The notes below the pieces were generated by a model. The model was not told the DNA's origin. It ran no database searches and worked only from the letters and a program-made list of their open reading frames with translations. From a virus (lineage: Duplodnaviria > Caudoviricetes): DNA of 64,000 nucleotides. The position numbers were made by a program, and so were the translations under genes. The stretch spans positions 68,917 through 132,916 of the IMG/VR virus record IMGVR_UViG_3300021400_000347. One strand, given 5' to 3'. Shown here piece by piece: positions 46,284 through 57,104 of this stretch (the first letter of the stretch is position 1; each line of letters starts with the position of its first letter).

Positions 46284-46565
46284 ATGAGAGATGCGGAGCG
46301 CGGTACCTACAATGGCGACACCACCTTCTGCCCCGTGAACGCCTACGGCGATTGCCCCTATTGCGACCAGTGCGGCGTATGCCACATTGATGACCCGATG
46401 GAGGATTGCGAGGACTGGCGCGCGTTCTGGGATAGTTGGTTTGACTGGCAGAACGCCGACACCGTTGACCCCGATGCGCCTACGGATTTCGCGGAAGATG
46501 AAATCCGTTGGGCGGGCGATGTGTATGGCTATGAAGATACGATGGAGGATAACAGCGATGAGTAA
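46284..46565 (+). CDS. Acidic Cys-rich protein
   Basis: CP...CPYC...C..C; promoter and RBS. Confidence 0.6.
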   Translation: MRDAERGTYNGDTTFCPVNAYGDCPYCDQCGVCHIDDPMEDCEDWRAFWDSWFDWQNADTVDPDAPTDFAEDEIRWAGDVYGYEDTMEDNSDE

Positions 46566-47420
46566 GAAAACCGCATTGCGACAACAAGTTGAAGCTATGG
46601 CTGAAAACTTCAACGAAACTTTCCTTGATGCCTATCAATGCCAAGACTGGGGCGTCACCGCAAAAAAGTTCGCCCGCTTGTGTATTGAGGAATTGACTAA
46701 ACAGCTTACTCAGCTTGCTCACGAACTGGATGATGAGAGGTATGATGATAATGACTAAAAAAACCGCGCTTATTGTCGCTTGTAACATAATGAGTGATAC
46801 ACTGTACGATATGGAGAGCGAGTTCGGCGTGAAAGAAGCGCGGAGCGACTCCTACTACAAACAGGTTCAGGAGGCCATCGAGATTCTGGGGCGTATGCTT
46901 GACGAAGAGGTGTAAGCCTCTTCGGGCCGGCCAGCAAATTAGTCTTGACTAACCCTAATCCATATGCTATAATAAGGTCGAAAAGAGGACAAGGACAGTC
47001 CTAAAAACCAGAGAGGATGCTAATATGTACATTCTGTTCGACACCGAAGGAAACTCCCATTTCATTGAAGATGAACGCGAACTGGACCGTGAACTGCTGA
47101 AGCTGTGTTTCGCGTGGACTAATGACGACCGCTATGAAGATGATATGGACTATAAGGCGCTGTTCAATTCGTGCCGTGAGAACCACGACTTTGGGGACAT
47201 CGCGCAGGTGTTCAAGTGTGATAAGTCCGAGATTGGCTTCTATCTCACTGAGGTAGGCGAAACTATCACGCTGACGCGCATCTATTAAGGGTAGGAAACT
47301 ACCCTTCGCGCCGGCCCCGCAAAAAACTTTCAAAAACCCCTTGACAAGCAACCCACAATGCGCTATAATAAGCGTGTCAAGAAGAGGAAGGCAACCTCCC
47401 AAACCAGAAAGGCAACCGCT

Positions 47421-47840
47421 ATGAAGATTACCCCCGCTATGCTCCACGACCGCAACTCCAAGTACTTCACTACCTACATCTACTACTTCACCTCTGACAA
47501 GCCCCTGAATCAGCTTCGCTATCGGCTGGAGCTCCTGTCCCATATCGGTATGATGCTTGACAAGGGCGACACGTTCACGGCCGAAAGCTGTGGCCTTAAT
47601 GGCCAGAGCATCTCCATTATGGCGCGTGATAATGACGACAGTGCTTTCTTCAACAAGCTCCCCTTCACCCGCGTGGAGCAGGAGAAGGTCACCATCCATA
47701 TCAATATGCTGACCTACTTCGGCAGGGAAGAAATTGAGAAGGAAGTCCCCCGCTGGATTTACCGTATGGACTGGACGAGCGAAGAGGTCGCGGAGTTCGT
47801 GCGGGCGGTCTATGAGGATCTCGGCATTGTGCGGCGGTAA
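47421..47840 (+). CDS. Hypothetical protein
   Basis: Promoter and RBS; GC3-rich codons. Confidence 0.65.
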   Translation: MKITPAMLHDRNSKYFTTYIYYFTSDKPLNQLRYRLELLSHIGMMLDKGDTFTAESCGLNGQSISIMARDNDDSAFFNKLPFTRVEQEKVTIHINMLTYFGREEIEKEVPRWIYRMDWTSEEVAEFVRAVYEDLGIVRR

Positions 47841-48159
47841 GCCGCACTCTGGCCGGCCCGCAAAAGTTAGGCTTGACTAACTCAATATTATATGCTATAA
47901 TAGTCTCGCAAAGGAGGGAAAAATATGACTACTCTCATCAATGCTCTCATCCGTTTCCTGTGTCGGCATTGCCACGTTATGTATCAGGACACCTTCTATC
48001 AGGTGTGCGAGACTTTTAGTGGTAAGTATGACAAATATCACGAAAAGCCTTTCTACTACGCAAAGGCGTGGGCTATCTGGAAAAATACCCATTGACAAAT
48101 TGCCCACCATATGCTATAATAACATCGTTCCCAGAGAGGACAGAAAGGAAGGATTCAAG

Positions 48160-48495
48160 ATGGAGAAGTTCAATCGTGCGACCGTTGATCAGGATCTGCG
48201 TGACCGTGTGTTTACTGCCCTGTTTGACGACTTTGACAGCGATTTCCTTGTCAAAATCAATGACCGCCAGTATGGCTGTATTCTTGTCGATAAGAATGGC
48301 GTGGAGCGCTATTGCCGCGTGGGCGTCATTGTTGCGGAGGAGCGCGAGGACTTGACCGCGCGGGAACTGATGGCGCAGGAGATTGCGGAGCATCAGGAGA
48401 AGGTCGCGGCGCGTGAGGAAAAGGCACGCGCAAAGGCCGAGAAGGTCGCCCGCGACAAGGCGCGGCGCGAGAAGGAGGGTCAGGAAAATGAGTAA
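48160..48495 (+). CDS. Hypothetical protein with charged coiled-coil tail
   Basis: Promoter and RBS; similar layout to 41936-42280. Confidence 0.65.
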   Translation: MEKFNRATVDQDLRDRVFTALFDDFDSDFLVKINDRQYGCILVDKNGVERYCRVGVIVAEEREDLTARELMAQEIAEHQEKVAAREEKARAKAEKVARDKARREKEGQENE

Positions 48496-48713
48496 GAACT
48501 TCGACAAAGAGGCTTGCCCCGTGTGCGGCTCCGAGGACTACGACTGCGTAGACTATGAAGAGGACTTCAACGGCGAAGAAGCCTGGCAGCAATGGCGTTG
48601 CCATTGTAATAAATGTGGCTGTGAGTTTGATATGGAGCGCATTTACAAACTCATAGACGTTTCTGTCAGTCGCGCCCACGGGAACTAATGTTCCCGTTTC
48701 GGGCCGGCCAGTC

Positions 48714-49127
48714 TTAGCCCATAGACTTGCAAGCCCATTCATACTGACGACCATTGATGGATTGGAGGGCTTCAAAGGCAATAGCAACATAGGTAAAGAA
48801 CTTGTTGCGCGCACCCTTCAAAGTATTGACATTCATACAACGGAAGTGGTCATTACCACAGTGAGACATATTGCAGTTGGCCTCGTACAGAGAACGCACA
48901 TAGGCTTCAATGAAGAGCCTGTCTGCCTTCGTACCCACGAACTCAACATACAGAGTGATGGGCGTATCTACCGTATTCTTGCGATGCTTGATGTTGGAAG
49001 TCTCACCAATTTTAATGGTGGCATTCCTTTCACGACCATAGCGCACAACCCGCTTCTTCATCTGGGTGAAATTCTTCCAAGTGTGTCCATCGTAGAAAGT
49101 TCCGAAGTAGATGTAACTGGTCTCCAT
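48714..49127 (-). CDS. GIY-YIG-like protein
   Basis: YIYFG ... IKIGETSNIKHR ... E; own promoter. Confidence 0.4.
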   Translation of the reverse strand: METSYIYFGTFYDGHTWKNFTQMKKRVVRYGRERNATIKIGETSNIKHRKNTVDTPITLYVEFVGTKADRLFIEAYVRSLYEANCNMSHCGNDHFRCMNVNTLKGARNKFFTYVAIAFEALQSINGRQYEWACKSMG

Positions 49128-49367
49128 TGTGGTGTCCTCCTTTGTCTTTCAACAGCCTTATTATACCATACTATAACAGTTTTGTCAAGAGGTATTTTAA
49201 AAAATGTGTCGACAGTCGGGCCGGCCCGCCCATACAACCTCCCTCCCCCATTATACCACAGATCCCGCCCCTTGTCAAGGGGCTTTTTTTTATTTGCCAA
49301 TTTTTACCAGGCCCGCTCTGTCAGATTTTACCAGCCGCGCGCCCCTTATATACCGCGGGGCGCCAAT

Positions 49368-49690
49368 AAGCTGCGTCGGGAGCTGGGAGCTGGAACAGGA
49401 GCTGGATCAGGCCGGCCCGCAAGCTGGAAAAAATTACCAGGGAGCTGGAAGAAGCTGGGAGCTGGGCGGAGCTGGGCAAGCTGGGTCGGGCCAGCTGGGA
49501 GCTGGGCGAGTCAAGTATTTGACAGCTGGAAAAATCTCGGATATAATATAATGGGGAAGTATATATATTAAAAAAATATATATTTAAAAAACGGGCCCGC
49601 CAAATAAGCTGCGACTCCGCAGGAGCTGGGCCAGGAGCTGCGTGCGGGCCAGCTGGAAAATTTTGGCAATCGCGCAGGGAACTGCTGGAT
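49368..49690 (+). repeat. Co-oriented AGCTGG repeat cluster
   Basis: About 14 AGCTGG copies on one strand in about 300 bp of non-coding DNA. Confidence 0.85.
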
Positions 49691-49708
49691 CAAAAAAAGA
49701 GCGAAGCA

Positions 49709-51073
49709 TTACTGCTCCGCTACTTCCTCTGGCTCCGTCATCTTTGCCTCAACTAACTTGAGGAAATTATTATCCGCAAGCACAACATCGTGCCACTCGC
49801 CGTCAATGTAATAACACTGTTTCAGCTTTCCGTCAATCCTCTTTTTCTTCTCCTCCACAGTGTAACCAATTGTAGGCAGGCACTCCTTCAAGCTGTTCCA
49901 CGTCATTACGCGCGTGCTGTGTTTGTTTTCCTTGTCCAGTTCGGGCACCTACATATATTCCGCAAGTTCCCGACACTTGTCCATCGTGAGCCACGTGCGC
50001 AGATATTCCTGTGGTACTTCGGGCGCAAAAGCCTTGAGATGCCGCTGGTAGGTGAATGTCTAACGAGCTGCTTGCGTGCGCTCCGTCTCGTCATACGAGT
50101 CAATGATCACGTTATCGAATCTACGATCACGGATCGTGATCCCACGCTCGAGCGCCTTGTTTACTACAACAAAGTCGTACCCAAGCGGAACCATACCAGT
50201 TGTAACGATCGTGTTATAAACGTTCATCTGCTCTTCTGTCATTGGCTTATCAGTGTTGTTTGGAGAGTGTAACTCGATCGCATTAAAACCATTCTACTTC
50301 GCCAGCTCAACAATACCCTGATTAGGCCCGATGTAAGGCGAGTAGCACCAATAGCCGTGGCCTTCGCGCGGCTCAAGGTGCTTCACGTGATCAGCCAGAT
50401 TGTAGAAGTAAATATCCTCCGCGATCCTATACGCCATCTCCAGTTTACCTTCATTGCTAGCTGTAACAAGAGAATGGTAGAACGCGCGCGAACGTTCAGG
50501 TGTAGCAGACAGGCCAATACACATAATACGCCCCTCTAGGATCAGAGCCTCCCACGCGCCCAAAAGGATCAGCGGCATATATTCCTTCTTTGTAGAATAA
50601 CGCTGGATCACAGCTAGCACTTCCCCATTGGTTAAGGTTTTTCGCGCAAAGTCTGTCTTCCTCGCTTTCGCAAAGGCTTGGGTCGCAAAGTTAAAAATAC
50701 TATCGCACTCGTCCCAGCAGATCACGTCAATGTAATCTAGGAAATCAAGCTCTTGCCGCGTGGCCCGAGCACCTAATGCCTAATAGCACATAACCCCTAT
50801 CTTCTCGGGGTGCTCGCCCCAGGAGCTGGGATTCTCCCACATCATATCCGCATCCACACAGTTGTCATACTCCGTGATAATCTGCTCCTTAAGAGCTGTG
50901 GTATCAGTTAGGAACAGTATGCGGTTCAGCTTACCATCGCGCGTGAATTGCTATAGATTATTTACTGCCCAATAAGTTTTGCCTGTACGAACGCCGCAGT
51001 CAATAATATTATAGGTGCCGCGGCGAAAAGTTAATTGATTTGTTATTTGTAAATCAGTAACAGTAGTTGCCAT
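49709..51073 (-). CDS. SF2 (DExD) helicase-like replication/origin-binding protein (TAG-recoded)
   Basis: GVRTGKT Walker A and ICWDECD Walker B; fragments 50294-50725, 50060-50242 and 49709-49948 are in one frame through TAGs. Confidence 0.75.
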
Positions 51074-51129
51074 AATAATAATCCTCCTGTTTTTTTAATT
51101 ATAGCCGATTTTTTGAAGAAAGTCAAGCA

Positions 51130-51430
51130 TATAACTTTTTTTCTCATTTAAATTGTAAAAAAGTATAACATTATATTCTATATTTTATTATTAAAATAAA
51201 AATATTTTTTAGAAAAAAATCTGTATATTTTTTTGGCTACCTCCCCCCCCCCATATAAGGTAGCCAAAAAAATATACACTTTTTATTATATATATAATTT
51301 ATATATATAATTAATAATTTAATTAAATAGCGAGCGAAGCGAGCTATTTAATTAAATTATTAATTAGCGGACGCGCAGCGTCCGCCAGTACCAAGTCCAG
51401 TAACCAATTATTAAACTTAAATAAGTAACT
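51130..51430. other. Candidate replication origin: AT-rich region with long inverted repeats
   Basis: Inverted repeats TATATTTTTTTGGCTACCT/AGGTAGCCAAAAAAATATA and TAATAATTTAATTAAATAGC/GCTATTTAATTAAATTATTA, upstream of the helicase-like gene. Confidence 0.5.
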
Positions 51431-53080
51431 TATCAAAAACTCAAAAGTCAAATACTTGACAGGTAGTGAAAATTATGCAGGCCAGTTATTTTAAACAAAA
51501 AAAAATGTATTCAAAAAATGAATCTGCTACAATTTCCTCCAGGAAAAAACTTGACAGAAGTTGAAATTTGTGGTCGCAAACCCACATATTATCCACTTCT
51601 CCTTATCCCACGGACATTTTACTACCCTCCCCTCCTTACCCATATAGTCAAAAATTGACCCTGCCACCATTTTTAACTTTTTTCTTTCCTTCTTTTAGTA
51701 TTCCCGATGTACCACCCATAACCCAACTATTTGACTTTTTTCACAATTTCAGTTATAATTTTTTTAGAAAAGAAAGGGAGGAAGATGTAATTTGAAAGTA
51801 CAAGACCTAGCCCGCCTTACCAGAGCAGGTATTTCAAAATGGAGCTCTACCAACCCCCTAGGTATGGAACGCGCATACATTGAAAAAGTATGTACCGCCG
51901 CAGCAGAGGATGGCCAATGGTATACGTTCATTGAGGAGCTATACCCCGATACCATTAAGTGGCTGCGCGCGAAAGGCTTCACGGTGATTGGGAACGACGA
52001 CAATGGCTATCATATTAGTTGGGGAGGCGATTATAAATGGAGAGCGTAATTTGTAACTACTGCCATACGAATAATGTCTGGAGCAATTTTAACTTGGCGC
52101 AGGCCGCCATTCCCTATAAGGATGGCAATGGCTGGGTACCTAACCCCTACCCCCTCTATCGTATCAAGCAGTGCGTCTGTCACAACTGCGGCAACATTGT
52201 AGTAATTTCGGAACATATTGTGGAGGAGAAGTAAAATGGAAGAGATCGTGAAGATTCTTATGCGGCGGGACAATATGAGTCGGGAAGACGCTACTCAGTA
52301 CTTGGATAACTTTAGGGAAATGCTTTACGAGGAGATCGAGTATGGCGCTTCTCTTCAGGAACTGGAAGACCTTATTGCCTGCGAGCTTGGCCTTGAACCC
52401 GATTACCTCGACTATTTCATTATGTAAGGAGGGGATTTCAATTTACGCGCGAATTAAACTTTTTGATTTAAGTTACCGCCCCGGTTATTATTGGACCTAC
52501 CCCCACTTATTCTTTAAGGATATTTGGCGCAACCTTAAGAATATGAGGATGCGTATTAAACGAGGTTGGTGCTGGCAAGATCTATGGAATATGAATGATT
52601 GGCTACTTGAGATTTTGCCTGATATGCTGCGCGCGCTTGCCGATAGATCAGTTGGCTATCCGGGATCACCTCCGTTTAATACAGACGAAAAGTGGCGCGA
52701 TTGGCTTACTGATCTGGCCCGGCGTTTTGAATACTGTCAGGAGGATAAGGTATTCGCGCGCAATAAGTATGATAAGGAATATCATAAGGTGTTTCCTTCA
52801 CAGGAAGTGCGCGAACTTTACTATAAAGAAAATGAAAGACTTTTTGTCGAGCGTCAAGATATGTTGAAGCAGGCGTTTAATGAACTAAGTGAAAATATTG
52901 ATCAACTATGGGACTAAGGTAGGTGATTTGATTTGATTTCATATTTAAAATGGGTGAATATGAGGTGGACGTGCGCGAACTGCTTTATGGCGCAGAAGCC
53001 CCCCATCTAGGGGAGTTGCTGGTTTTGCGGCGCCATCTTTAGTAACTTTGAACAATTTAAAATTGAGGAGATTGAGAACA

Positions 53081-53296
53081 GTGAAGAGTATTTACGAGTA
53101 TCAGGGCAGAACGCACCTCGTGTGGAACCGAAAGAAGTATTGCCCGAATTGTGCGAATCACGAGATTATGATGATGAAGCAGATTACGCCGATGACGAAT
53201 AAGCCGTACTTTGTGGAGTGTTGCGCTTGCGGTTACAGTACGGAAGAAGCAGAGACGCGCGCGAAGGCTATGCGCAATTGGATGGGTGATGTGTGA
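53081..53296 (+). CDS. Lar-like Zn-ribbon protein
   Basis: CPNC ... YFVECCACG ... A...W pattern. Confidence 0.45.
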   Translation: MKSIYEYQGRTHLVWNRKKYCPNCANHEIMMMKQITPMTNKPYFVECCACGYSTEEAETRAKAMRNWMGDV

Positions 53297-55983
53297 TGAA
53301 TTGGAAGAAAGTAATTTGCGTTTTACTACTTTGCGCGCTAAGTGCCATCATACTTACGTCGTGCGAGCAGACCTCTACCCCCGAGATAACGCAGTGGGCC
53401 GTCCTGTATATGCCCGATGGTAGCATCATCGAAGGTGTATGTGATTCTTGGCAGCGATGGTCATCGGGAATGGTAGACGTTACTATTGATGGCACTCATT
53501 TCTATTGTACCGAATGGCGTGTTGTGATATATGATATTGAAAATTAATCTTGCTTCGGCAAGATTTTTCTTTTACTTGACTTTTTCTAAAATTTTTGATA
53601 TAATAAATATAGAAGAGTGAAAGGAGCGATCAGGATGAAAATGGCTGACCACGATGAAGCCGAGCGCGCGTGCTTCACCTGCGCGAACGCTTTTGTCGAT
53701 GACAATGATCGCATTGTTTGTATCCTTGACGGAAGAAATAAAGATGATGACCAGACATGTGATGAGTGGAATTGAAGGAGTGGGATAAGATGCCTGACCG
53801 GGTTAGTGTGATGAGTTGGCTAGAAGGACTAACGCAGGATGATTGGCGACAGTACAACTCGGACAGTGAGGTACAGAAGATTGCCCGAAGTGCTCTAGCA
53901 TTACTGGAAAAGCAGGAACCTGTTGAACCGATTGAAGAAGTGAATGTACAAAACGGATGGTTTCGGTGCTGGGGTGGTTGCGGTAATTGCGCAGAACTAC
54001 TGTATGGCCAGTGGAACTACTGTCCAAACTGTGGAAGGAGAGTAAAATGGTGATAAACCGAGAGAAGGTAATCCGGCAATGGGAAGGAATTATAGACCAG
54101 ATCGAGCAAGGGAACTTGCGCCGTCCCATTACAACGACTTTGATATACGACACATTCGCCATGTTAAAAGAGCAAGAGCCTGTTAAGCAGGAGCCTGTTG
54201 AACCGTTTCATATTTGTATTAATGGAGAGAAGTTGCGTACACTTATTACAAACAGATATTTCATATTCTGCCCGTACTGTGGACGGAGGATTAAGTGGAA
54301 TGATTGATAGAGAGAAAGTTATCCGGGGACTGGAATGTTGTGAACACCCCTATGAGAAGAAGTGCGATGCTTGTCCATATATCCTATACACGCCAGACTC
54401 AATGGAGTGTACAGCATATCTTAGTAAGGATGCTCTGGAATTGCTGAGAGAGCAGCAAATGGAAATAAAGAGCGTTAGAGCAGCGCGCTTTATAAACCTA
54501 AAACATAGGAGAAGATGTGTGGGATGATTATTGTCTATGAACCATCATTCCTCATAGGATTCTTGGCGGGACTCGGGGCATGTGTGTTCGGGACGCTTAT
54601 TATGGCGATACTTTTTGGAGGCGAAGTTAATGGCTGATCAAGAAAGAGCTTTGCGCCTGCTGAATAGCGCAATTGACACAGCATTTGGCGCGAATTGTGA
54701 ATTGGTGAAACTACCTGTAACGGTGGCAATTGAAATCGAGGATCTGCTAGCAGAACGGGAAAGATCGAAGCCAAGCGAGTTTCATCATGGCAATCGTATC
54801 GACTATTTCTGTAGGAATTGTACAACAGAAGTTGGGATGTTGTTTTTAAACGAGGACACATGGCGATTCCATTATCGTTTTTGCCCATATTGTGGAAGAG
54901 AGGTAAATTGGGATGCCTGACTTCTGGGTTGGATTTCTGTGTGGCGCTTTCATAGCATTGGTCACATTGTCTTTGATCGCAATATGTATTGACGAGAGGG
55001 GAAGGTGAAATGGAATGGATTTTAGAGGAGAGTTCTTCATCGCTGGTATGACGTTTGGAATGATACTCGCTGCGCTTATCATTATGTTTCAACAGTTTCC
55101 GCATTGAAGAGGTAAAGTGGGATGGGACTAACAGAAAAACATTGGTTTGAGGATGAAGAACCCGAGCTGACTGAGAGCCAGCTTGAGGACATACTTTGGG
55201 AGAACAATAAGATATTTGAAAGAGGATATCAAAAAGGATTCTCCGATGGAAGATCAGCCCTTCTCCGAGAGCAGGAACGTATAAAACCTACCAAAAATCA
55301 AAGTCTTCTCGCCAATTTTATAGGATGGAATTGCGGGGCGTGCGGCTTCCCGCTTTTAAGCGACGGCTATAAATATTGCCCTCGCTGCGGAATGAGAGTA
55401 GATTGGAATGGACAATGATACTACAATCATCAAGCACGGTATATTTTTCAATAGTCCGCCCCAGTTCAAGTGTGAATGTGGATGTGTGTACGAGACAACA
55501 TCCATCTGTGTGGATATTCTCGATCGTCGCGGCGGACCGAAGGGTAGTAAAGACGCATTCTGCTTGGCAAACTGTCCTGAATGCCACTCGAGGAATAGTG
55601 CGCACAAATACTTCACTGAGGAAGAAGCAAACGAGGAGAGGTAAGCAGAATGGCTGAGTTTAATATGGACGTAATCAAAGAGTGTGTTAAAAACGCGCTG
55701 AACGAGCCCGTTATAGAAGGCAAGTCTATCATTGAGTGGGCAACTATTGGGCTAGAAGCTCAGCATTGGATTAGTGTCAAGGAACGGGTACCAGAAGATG
55801 GAGAGGATGTACTAGTGTACATTGAACATGATTCATGGACATGCGGCACAAACTCGGTACAGCGAAAACGCGAGATTGCGATAGGCTATCTCGTATGCGG
55901 GTATTGGCATGCTGATGGATTCGATAATGTTGTTGGTATATGTTGGATGCCGCTACCAAAACCACCCCGGGAGGTAAACAAAA

Positions 55984-56340
55984 ATGCGCTTAATTGATGC
56001 GGATGCGCTTAAAGAAACCATTGGTGAATGCCCAGAAAACTGGACAGATTCACCCGAAGAAATTGTAGCGTTTAATACATGGCATCGTATTATGGATGAC
56101 ATAGATTCTACCCCTATCATTGATGATTGGATTAGTGTTGAAGACAGGCTGCCAGAGGATGAGCAGGATTACATTATATGTATTCTCGCGTATGACGGGA
56201 CAAAACATGTAACGACTGGAACGTATAATCGGTGGTATAACAGGTGGATTGATAAGATTGGCATTATATGGGTACCTGATCGTGTCACTCATTGGAGACC
56301 TTTCCCTGAGCCACCAGAGGAGGTAGACAATGATGAGTAA
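55984..56340 (+). CDS. DUF551-like protein
   Basis: WISVEDRLPE ... VTHWRPFPEPP; related ORFs at 55650 and 57085. Confidence 0.65.
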   Translation: MRLIDADALKETIGECPENWTDSPEEIVAFNTWHRIMDDIDSTPIIDDWISVEDRLPEDEQDYIICILAYDGTKHVTTGTYNRWYNRWIDKIGIIWVPDRVTHWRPFPEPPEEVDNDE

Positions 56341-56893
56341 GATGTGGAGGCATTTCAAAACCGTTTGTAGGCACAAGGCAGTTGTATATCGGGAATGTAA
56401 AGCCTGCGGTATCTGGTGGCAAGGCGTTGTACATGATCTGTCCAAGTTCAGCGTACAAGAGTTTGTTCCATCCGCGCGGTATTTCCAAGGGAATAAGAGT
56501 CCCATTGAAGCAGAGAAAGAAGTAACTGGATATTCAAACGCTTGGCTCCATCACAAAGGGCACAACAAACACCATTGGGAATACTGGTGTGATTATAATA
56601 AAGAGACTGGAGAAGTAGTCCCATATAAGATCCCGTTGCGATATGTGATTGAAATGGTGTGTGATTGGATTGGCGCCGGAATGGTGTATAGCGGTGAAAA
56701 GTGGACTGAAGATGAACCGCTGAACTATTACAACAAAGTCAGGAACGGACGGCATTTCCATCAGGATACGGAAAACCTACTTGTCTACCTTCTCATAACA
56801 ATTAAGCACCTCGGGCTCGCAGAGTTTCATCGTGTATGCCGTTCAATGTTGAATGGGGAGTGGAAACCGGAGGAGGCAAGCAGGAATGGGTAA
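56330..56893 (+). CDS. HD-like metal-binding protein (DUF5662-like)
   Basis: HDLSK, HHKGHNKHHWEYW, EMVCDW. Confidence 0.65.
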   Translation: MMSKMWRHFKTVCRHKAVVYRECKACGIWWQGVVHDLSKFSVQEFVPSARYFQGNKSPIEAEKEVTGYSNAWLHHKGHNKHHWEYWCDYNKETGEVVPYKIPLRYVIEMVCDWIGAGMVYSGEKWTEDEPLNYYNKVRNGRHFHQDTENLLVYLLITIKHLGLAEFHRVCRSMLNGEWKPEEASRNG

Positions 56894-57104
56894 CGTGATG
56901 ATGCTGATCTTAGGACTAATCGTAGGCTTTCTTTGCGCGGCTTACGCGGCGGCATAGCTTGTTAAAGATGAGTCGCATAAAAGTTATCAGGACGGTCTAC
57001 GAGATGGTATGAAAGCGGCGCAGTCAATATGGGAGAATTAGATGAAAGAAAATGTAGTATTCGCTAAAGACGCGGAAGAGGTAAGTGAAAATGCGGACGA
57101 TTGA
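56886..57104 (+). CDS. Small membrane protein with two in-frame TAG, not in ORF track
   Basis: Fills the gap between overlapping neighbours exactly if TAG=Gln; N-terminal hydrophobic helix. Confidence 0.6.

Noticed and set aside
24800-49300. Integron with attC cassettes
   Set aside because: No integrase in the window, no attC-type structure, and cassettes carry their own promoters.
35755-49571. Long antisense ORFs in the track (e.g. 39798-40598, 43937-44740, 47001-47699, 48762-49571)
   Set aside because: Shadows of GC3-rich genes on the opposite strand, without RBS or promoter support.
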